This document shows positions 56,047-64,000 of a stretch of 64,000 nt of DNA, one piece after another. Made by a program: the position numbers and the translations under genes. The DNA lies in NCBI GenBank assembly GCA_964291285.2, contig OZ219785.1, positions 928,001-992,000 on the forward strand, read 5' to 3'. Numbering within the stretch: position 1 is the first letter of the stretch; each line of letters begins with the position of its first letter. Origin of the DNA: Alphaproteobacteria bacterium. GTDB taxonomy: Bacteria; Pseudomonadota; Alphaproteobacteria; Bin95. The notes beneath the pieces were generated by a model, which saw only the letters and a list, made by a program, of their open reading frames with translations, had not been told where the DNA came from and did no database searches.

Positions 56047-56856
56047 TTGTTCGCCGCCTTGCGCATAGCCAGCCGCCTGCCGCTCGCCTGCCTTTATCTC
56101 ATCGGGCGCTTGCTGCTGCCGCTCGCCCGCGCGGCCGTGCCGAGCCGGCGCCGCGTGGCGGAGCGCAACCTCGCCTCCGCCTTTCCCGCCGCGGAACTCC
56201 CGGGCCTTATGCGCCGCTTCTATGCCGCCAGCGCCGATCTGGCGATGGAGTCGATCCGGCTCATGTCCATTCCCAAGGCAGAGCTCGGCGCCCGTGTCCG
56301 GCTGGAGGGCGCGGAAGCGCTGGACGAGGGCGGCGCCCTGGTGCTGGCGGCCCATCACGGCAATATGCTCTGGGCCGTCGGCGCGCTGGCCGACGCTGTG
56401 CCTGCGCCGGTCTTCGTGGTCTACAAGCCGCCGCACGGAGACGTCCTGCACCGCATGCTGGAGGCCATCGGGGCGCGCTTCGACGGAACGCTGGTGCCGC
56501 TCAGGGAGGTGCGCCGGACCGTGCTTCGCTGCCGGCAGGAAAGCGGCGTGCTCGTTCTGGTGGCGGACCAGCGGCCAGGGGGCGCCGAGCGCCGCGAGGT
56601 CATGTTCTGCGGCCGGCGGACGGCCTTCTTCGCCGGGCCGGACCGCATCGGCCGCGCGCTCGATTGGCCGGTCTATTACCTGTCCTGCCGGCGCACGGGG
56701 CGGGGCCGCTATCTGTGCCGGGTCGAGAAACTCTGCGAACCGCCTTATGAAGAGGAGGACGCCGGCATCGTGCGGCGCTACGCGGCGCGGCTGGAGGCCG
56801 ATATCCGCAGCGCGCCGGAGGACTGGCTCTGGTTCCACAAGCGCTGGAAGGACTGA
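56047..56856 (+). CDS. Lipid A lauroyl/lysophospholipid acyltransferase family (LpxL-like)
   Basis: RNLASAFP, AHHGN, VADQ and PEDWLWFHKRWK; start uncertain. Confidence 0.85.
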   Translation: MFAALRIASRLPLACLYLIGRLLLPLARAAVPSRRRVAERNLASAFPAAELPGLMRRFYAASADLAMESIRLMSIPKAELGARVRLEGAEALDEGGALVLAAHHGNMLWAVGALADAVPAPVFVVYKPPHGDVLHRMLEAIGARFDGTLVPLREVRRTVLRCRQESGVLVLVADQRPGGAERREVMFCGRRTAFFAGPDRIGRALDWPVYYLSCRRTGRGRYLCRVEKLCEPPYEEEDAGIVRRYAARLEADIRSAPEDWLWFHKRWKD

Positions 56857-56874
56857 GAGGGGGAGCGGAAGGCG

Positions 56875-58329
56875 ATGACAGACGGCTGGGTGAGGCTGGA
56901 CGACAGCGTGATCGACGGCGCGGACATGGCGGAGAGGGCCGCGCGCGCGGCGACCGGTTTCGCCCGCCTCGGCGTCGGCCCCGGCGATGCGGTCGCCTGG
57001 CTGCTCCACAACGACGCCGCGGTGTTCACGGTCACCGACGCGGCCGGCTTGCTCGGGGCCTATGCCGTGCCGGTCAACTGGCACCTCGCGCCCGACGAGG
57101 TCCGCTACATCCTCGCCGACAGCGGCGCCAAGGCGCTGGTCGGGCACCCGCGATTGCTGGCGCCGCTGGGCGAACTGGACATACCGGCAATCCCGCTCTC
57201 GGACTGGCCGGACTGGCTCGCCGCCCATGAGCCCCATGCCGGGCCGGCGCTCGATCCGCCGGGTTCGATGATGTACACCTCCGGCACGACGGGCCGGCCC
57301 AAGGGCGTGCGCCGCCGGCCGGCCACGCAGGCGCAGCGCGACACCATTGCGGGCTTCCTCGCCGAGATCTACGGCCTGTATCCGGGCATGGTCTCGGCCG
57401 TCACCGCCCCGCTCTACCATGCCGCGCCCAACAACCACGCCATGATGACCCGGCTCGCCGGCGGCCATCTGGTGCTCATGGGGCGCTTCGACGCCGAGCG
57501 GTTCCTGGCGCTGGTCGAGGAGCACCGGATCGGCCACGCCTTCATGGCGCCGATCATGTTCGTGCGCCTCCTCAAGCTGCCGGAAGCGGTGCGGGCGCGC
57601 TACGACCTCTCCTCGCTGCGGCGCGTCATCCATGCGGGCGCGCCCTGCGCCCCGGACGTCAAGCGGGCGATGATCGAGTGGTGGGGGCCGGTGCTGGTCG
57701 AGTATTACGGCTCGACCGAGACCGGCATGGTGACCTGGTGCGATTCCGAAGAGTGGCTCCGGCGGCCGGGCACGGTCGGCCCGGTGATGCGGAACGCCGA
57801 GATCGTGATCTTCGACGAGGACAAGCGCCGCCTCGGCCCCGGCGAGACCGGCGAGATCTACTGCCTGCACCGGGACCTCATGCCCTTCACCTACCACAAC
57901 GACCCGGAAAAGCGCGCCGGCGTCGAGCATGAGGGTCTCGTGACCAACGGCGACATGGGCTATCTGGACGAGGCGGGCTACCTGTTCCTGAACGACCGCC
58001 GCCGCGACATGATCATCTCCGGCGGCGTCAACATCTACCCGGCCGAGATCGAGGCGGCGCTGATCGAGTGCCCCGGCGTCAGCGACTGCGCGGTGTTCGG
58101 CGTGCCGGACGAGGAATATGGCGAGCGGGTCGCCGCCGCCATCGAGCGCGAGCCCGGCAGCGACACGGACGAGGCGGCAGTGGCTGCCTTCCTCACCGGG
58201 CGCATTGCGGGCTATAAGCACCCCCGCCTGGTCGTCTTCCACGACTCGCTGCCGCGCGAGGACACCGGCAAGATTTTCAAGCGCATGCTCCGCGAGCCCT
58301 ATTGGGAAGCGGCCGGCCGGCGCATCTGA
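56875..58329 (+). CDS. AMP-binding acyl-CoA synthetase
   Basis: YTSGTTGRPKG, YYGSTE, NGDMGYLD and TGKIFKR. Confidence 0.93.
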   Translation: MTDGWVRLDDSVIDGADMAERAARAATGFARLGVGPGDAVAWLLHNDAAVFTVTDAAGLLGAYAVPVNWHLAPDEVRYILADSGAKALVGHPRLLAPLGELDIPAIPLSDWPDWLAAHEPHAGPALDPPGSMMYTSGTTGRPKGVRRRPATQAQRDTIAGFLAEIYGLYPGMVSAVTAPLYHAAPNNHAMMTRLAGGHLVLMGRFDAERFLALVEEHRIGHAFMAPIMFVRLLKLPEAVRARYDLSSLRRVIHAGAPCAPDVKRAMIEWWGPVLVEYYGSTETGMVTWCDSEEWLRRPGTVGPVMRNAEIVIFDEDKRRLGPGETGEIYCLHRDLMPFTYHNDPEKRAGVEHEGLVTNGDMGYLDEAGYLFLNDRRRDMIISGGVNIYPAEIEAALIECPGVSDCAVFGVPDEEYGERVAAAIEREPGSDTDEAAVAAFLTGRIAGYKHPRLVVFHDSLPREDTGKIFKRMLREPYWEAAGRRI

Positions 58330-58349
58330 GAAAAGGACGCCCGAACCCC

Positions 58350-59009
58350 ATGTTCTATGCCGACCACCGCAAGCACGGCCTCCGCCACAGCCCCTTCAAG
58401 GCTCTGGTGGCGCCGCGCCCCATCGCCTGGGTCTCGTCGCTCAGCACCGGGGGCGTGGTCAATCTCGCGCCCTACAGCTTCTTCAACGCGATGGCGGACT
58501 CACCGCCGATCATCGTCTTCGCGCCCAACAATCCGCGCCTCGGCGGCGGGCGCAAGGACACGCTGGAGAACATCGAGCAGACCGGCGAGTTCGTGGTGAA
58601 CCTTTGCAACTGGGACCTGCGGGTGGCGATGAACGAAAGCTCCGCGCATGTGCCGCCGGACGTGGACGAGATCGAGCTTGCGGGCCTGACGGCCGCCCCC
58701 TCGGAGATCGTGAAGCCGCCGCGCGTCGCGGAAGCCCCGGCCGCGCTCGAATGCGAGTTCCTGTTCCGCGTGCGCCTGCCGGGGTCGCACCCGAAGGTCG
58801 AGAACAATGCCTGCTTCGGCAGGGTGGTCGGCGTCCATATCTCGGACGACATCATCTTGGACGGCATGGTGGACATGACCCGCTACCGCCCGATCGCGCG
58901 CTGCGGCTACATGGACTATGCGCTGGTCGAAAGCGTCTTCTCCATGGACCGCCCCGACGACAATCTCGAAGCCTACGAAGCCCGCAGACGCCAGGAAGCG
59001 GCGGAGTAA
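58350..59009 (+). CDS. Flavin reductase family protein
   Basis: PRPIAWVS, NLAPYSFFN and KDTLENIEQTGEFVVN. Confidence 0.92.
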   Translation: MFYADHRKHGLRHSPFKALVAPRPIAWVSSLSTGGVVNLAPYSFFNAMADSPPIIVFAPNNPRLGGGRKDTLENIEQTGEFVVNLCNWDLRVAMNESSAHVPPDVDEIELAGLTAAPSEIVKPPRVAEAPAALECEFLFRVRLPGSHPKVENNACFGRVVGVHISDDIILDGMVDMTRYRPIARCGYMDYALVESVFSMDRPDDNLEAYEARRRQEAAE

Positions 59010-59019
59010 CCGGGAACCC

Positions 59020-61662
<2,643 letters not shown>

Positions 61663-61784
61663 GCGTCGCAATCCTCCGGGCGGATGCGGGGAAGACGGGT
61701 TTGTATCGGCAGGGCCGGCGGCTGTCCACAGGCGGCGGCGGTCGCCCGCCCGCCCGGCGCGCCTGCGGAGGGGCCCGCTCCGGC

Positions 61785-62250
61785 GATGTGTCATGAAGTG
61801 TCATGAAGTGTCATGCGATGTCATGATCTGCATGCTCAGGCGTCATATCCTGTGTCCGTTTCGGGCATGGAGTCGGTCGCTTCGGGCGGAGGCTCCCGGT
61901 ATTCGGCCCGGTTTTCCGGTCCATGCGTCTTCGGCATGGGTTTCCCGCCTATAATCCCGGTTCGTTCCATCTCGCCGGCGCGCCGCCGCCCCGAGCGGCG
62001 GGACCCTAATTCGCGCGTATCCTGCGCGGGCGCCTGCGCCTGCCTGCGCGCGTCTCGCGGCGGCGCGAATCGCGCGCCTGATTGCCCGCGCGCGGGCGCG
62101 CGCGGGGACCCGGCAGAGGCCCGTCGCGCCCGGGAAGCCTTCCCCCGACGCGAAGCAGGGGACGAAGCCGTTTCCTTCCATCCGCTCTATATTGGTGCGG
62201 ACCTCTCATATTCAACTCGTGTGAAAGAATTATTTCATATTTCTTGAACA
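61785..62250 (-). repeat. Dispersed intergenic element, copy 3
   Basis: Core GCAATCAGGCGCGCGATTCGCGCC...GCGCAGGATACGCGCG; GTCATG at 61790, 61800, 61810 and 61820; AT-rich 5' end with TTGAAT...CAATAT. Confidence 0.88.
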
Positions 62251-62317
62251 GGGCGCTGTTGCCGGGCCGCGGCGGCGGGGGTCGCGGGCTACAGCCCCGG
62301 TCCCGGCTATGCCGCCG

Positions 62318-63619
62318 TCACGGCCGCGCGAAGCGGTCCGTAGCGAAGGGGGCCGGGTCGGCGGCCGGCTCCCGTCCCGCGGCAAGCTGGGCGGCGAGGA
62401 GGCCCGCGCCCGGCCCGAAGCCGAAGCCGTGGCCGGAAAGCCCGGTGGCGAGCGTCAGCCCGTCCAGCCCGGCGACCGGCCCGATCAGCGGCACCTCGTC
62501 CGGCGTCACGTCGATCATCCCGCCCCAGTCCTCGACTGCCGGCACGCCGCGAAGCTGCGGATAGGCGCGCCCTGCTGCGCGCAAGAGGGCGGCCGACAGC
62601 TTCTCGTCCGGAGCGGGGTCGAGCATGCGGGCCTGTTCCATCGGGCTGAACTGGTCCGCCCGCCAGTGCCGCCGGCCGAGCGCGCCGAAGAACTCGCGGC
62701 CGAGGCGGATCCGCGTCGCCCGCCAGCTTTCGCCGAGCAGCGGCAGGAAGGCCCGGAAATGGGCGAAGGCGGCGGGGATGAGGTCGAAGCGCGCCGTCCC
62801 GACCCGCCCGACCGTATAGCCGCCGTCGAGCCGCGGGCGCACCGAGGCCGAACGCATCCCCACCGGCCCGGGCGTGAAGGCGGGCGCGGGCGCGGTGCGC
62901 AGCGCCTGGGCGCTGACGGCGAGCTGCGGCAGCACGAGCCCCATGTTTTCGAGGAACGGCCGGGACCACGCGCCGCCCGCCAGGATGACGGCGCGGCAGG
63001 CCACGGCCCCGTGCTCGGTGACGACACCGGCGACCCTGCCGCCGGAAAGCTCCAGCGCGCGCACGGCCGTGTGCTCGAAGACCGCCGCGCCCGCCTCGGC
63101 CGCCAGGCGCGCCAGCGCCGGCACGGCGAGCGCGGGCTCGGCATGCATGTCGGTCGGCGTCAGCAGCCCGCCGGCGAAGCCCCCGGCGTCCTGGCCGACC
63201 AGCGCGCCCGCCTCGGCGGCGGAGAGCATGCGCGAGGAAAGCTGGAAGGGCCGCGCGGAGGCGAGCCACGCCTCCTGCCGGCCAAGCTCCTCCCCGTCCT
63301 CGGCGATATAGGCGATGCCCTGCTGGCGCAGGCCGAAATCCATCGGGCTGCGCTCGCCGAAGCGCCGCCAGAGCGCCTGCGATTCCAGCATCAGCGGAAT
63401 CTCGCGCAGGTCGCGCCCCTGGATGCGGATCCAGCCCCAATTGCGGGAGGACTGCTCGCCCGCGACCCGGCCCTTCTCGCAGAGCAGCACCGGCACGCCC
63501 CATTCCGCCAGGATGAGCGCGGCCGTTACGCCCACCACGCCGGCGCCGATGACGACGACCTCGACGGCCCCGGGCAGCGGGCGGTCCGGTCCGGGCGGGA
63601 ATTCCGGCGCTTCGTTCAT
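62318..63619 (-). CDS. FAD-dependent oxidoreductase (D-amino acid oxidase/DadA-like)
   Basis: IGAGVVG, EQSSRNWGWIR, DVTPDEVP and SGHGFGFGP. Confidence 0.92.
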   Translation of the reverse strand: MNEAPEFPPGPDRPLPGAVEVVVIGAGVVGVTAALILAEWGVPVLLCEKGRVAGEQSSRNWGWIRIQGRDLREIPLMLESQALWRRFGERSPMDFGLRQQGIAYIAEDGEELGRQEAWLASARPFQLSSRMLSAAEAGALVGQDAGGFAGGLLTPTDMHAEPALAVPALARLAAEAGAAVFEHTAVRALELSGGRVAGVVTEHGAVACRAVILAGGAWSRPFLENMGLVLPQLAVSAQALRTAPAPAFTPGPVGMRSASVRPRLDGGYTVGRVGTARFDLIPAAFAHFRAFLPLLGESWRATRIRLGREFFGALGRRHWRADQFSPMEQARMLDPAPDEKLSAALLRAAGRAYPQLRGVPAVEDWGGMIDVTPDEVPLIGPVAGLDGLTLATGLSGHGFGFGPGAGLLAAQLAAGREPAADPAPFATDRFARP

Positions 63620-63736
63620 GGCCGCGCAGCATGCGCCCGCGCCGCCCCGCCGCGCAACCGGAGGCGGACGCGCGGGTCCGGCGGCCCGCAAGCAGGGGGC
63701 AGAACGAACGAGAGAGAGGCCCGGAAGGGGCTGCTG

Positions 63737-64000
63737 CTACTGGCTGGCCCAGACGATGCGGGCGATCCAGTCGAGGTCGCTCCGGGCGAGGACGTAGTCC
63801 TCATGGTCGGGATTGAAGGAGCGCAGCTCGACGCGCCGCGCGCTCAGCCGGCCGAGCCATTTGGCCAGCACCTCGCCCTCGCGGGTGCGCGCCACCACGC
63901 GGTCCCCGCGCCGGAGGCTCGCAGCCGGGGAGACCACCACGATGTCCCCGTCGCGATAGACCGGCTCCATGCTGTCGCCCGCGATCTCCAGCGCATAGGC
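63737..64000 (-). CDS. S24 peptidase domain of a CI/LexA-like regulator (partial, 5' end outside the window)
   Basis: AYALEIAGDSMEP, GDRVV, VLAK and LRSFNP. Confidence 0.85.
   Translation of the reverse strand, partial: AYALEIAGDSMEPVYRDGDIVVVSPAASLRRGDRVVARTREGEVLAKWLGRLSARRVELRSFNPDHEDYVLARSDLDWIARIVWASQ

Noticed and set aside
61785-61830. CATGAC arrays as CRISPR repeats
   Set aside because: The period is only 10 bp with 4-nt variable parts; there are no spacer-length sequences and no cas genes in the window

Overview
A GC-rich alphaproteobacterial chromosome segment (Rhodospirillales-like by inference). The backbone is mostly housekeeping and catabolic genes: argC, frmA, two TRAP transporters, hutU, acnA, alaS, several acyl-CoA ligases and hydrolases, and a copper amine oxidase. 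Three IS elements have identifiable ends and target duplications: IS5-family (TA), ISAs1-family (9 bp, splitting a TRAP dctP) and IS21-family (5 bp, carrying a toprim/primase-like passenger). Defence-like genes include an OLD-type ATPase-TOPRIM nuclease, a DUF6602-like nuclease and a PIN-domain protein (all low GC), plus a BglII-like RM pair with a LexA-type box and a RelE/HigB-type TA pair. The most unusual signal is a dispersed 470-770 bp intergenic element in three copies. Each copy has an AT-rich sigma70-like promoter, a conserved GC-rich hairpin core and 10-bp-phased CATGAC arrays, and points into an unrelated downstream gene. Three single accessory genes are bracketed by diverged direct repeats of host sequence, two of them just upstream of this element. 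A GrdB/PrdB-like gene has an in-frame UGA (UxxC) followed by a SECIS-like hairpin. All protein family assignments come from motif recognition by eye; no database searches were run.
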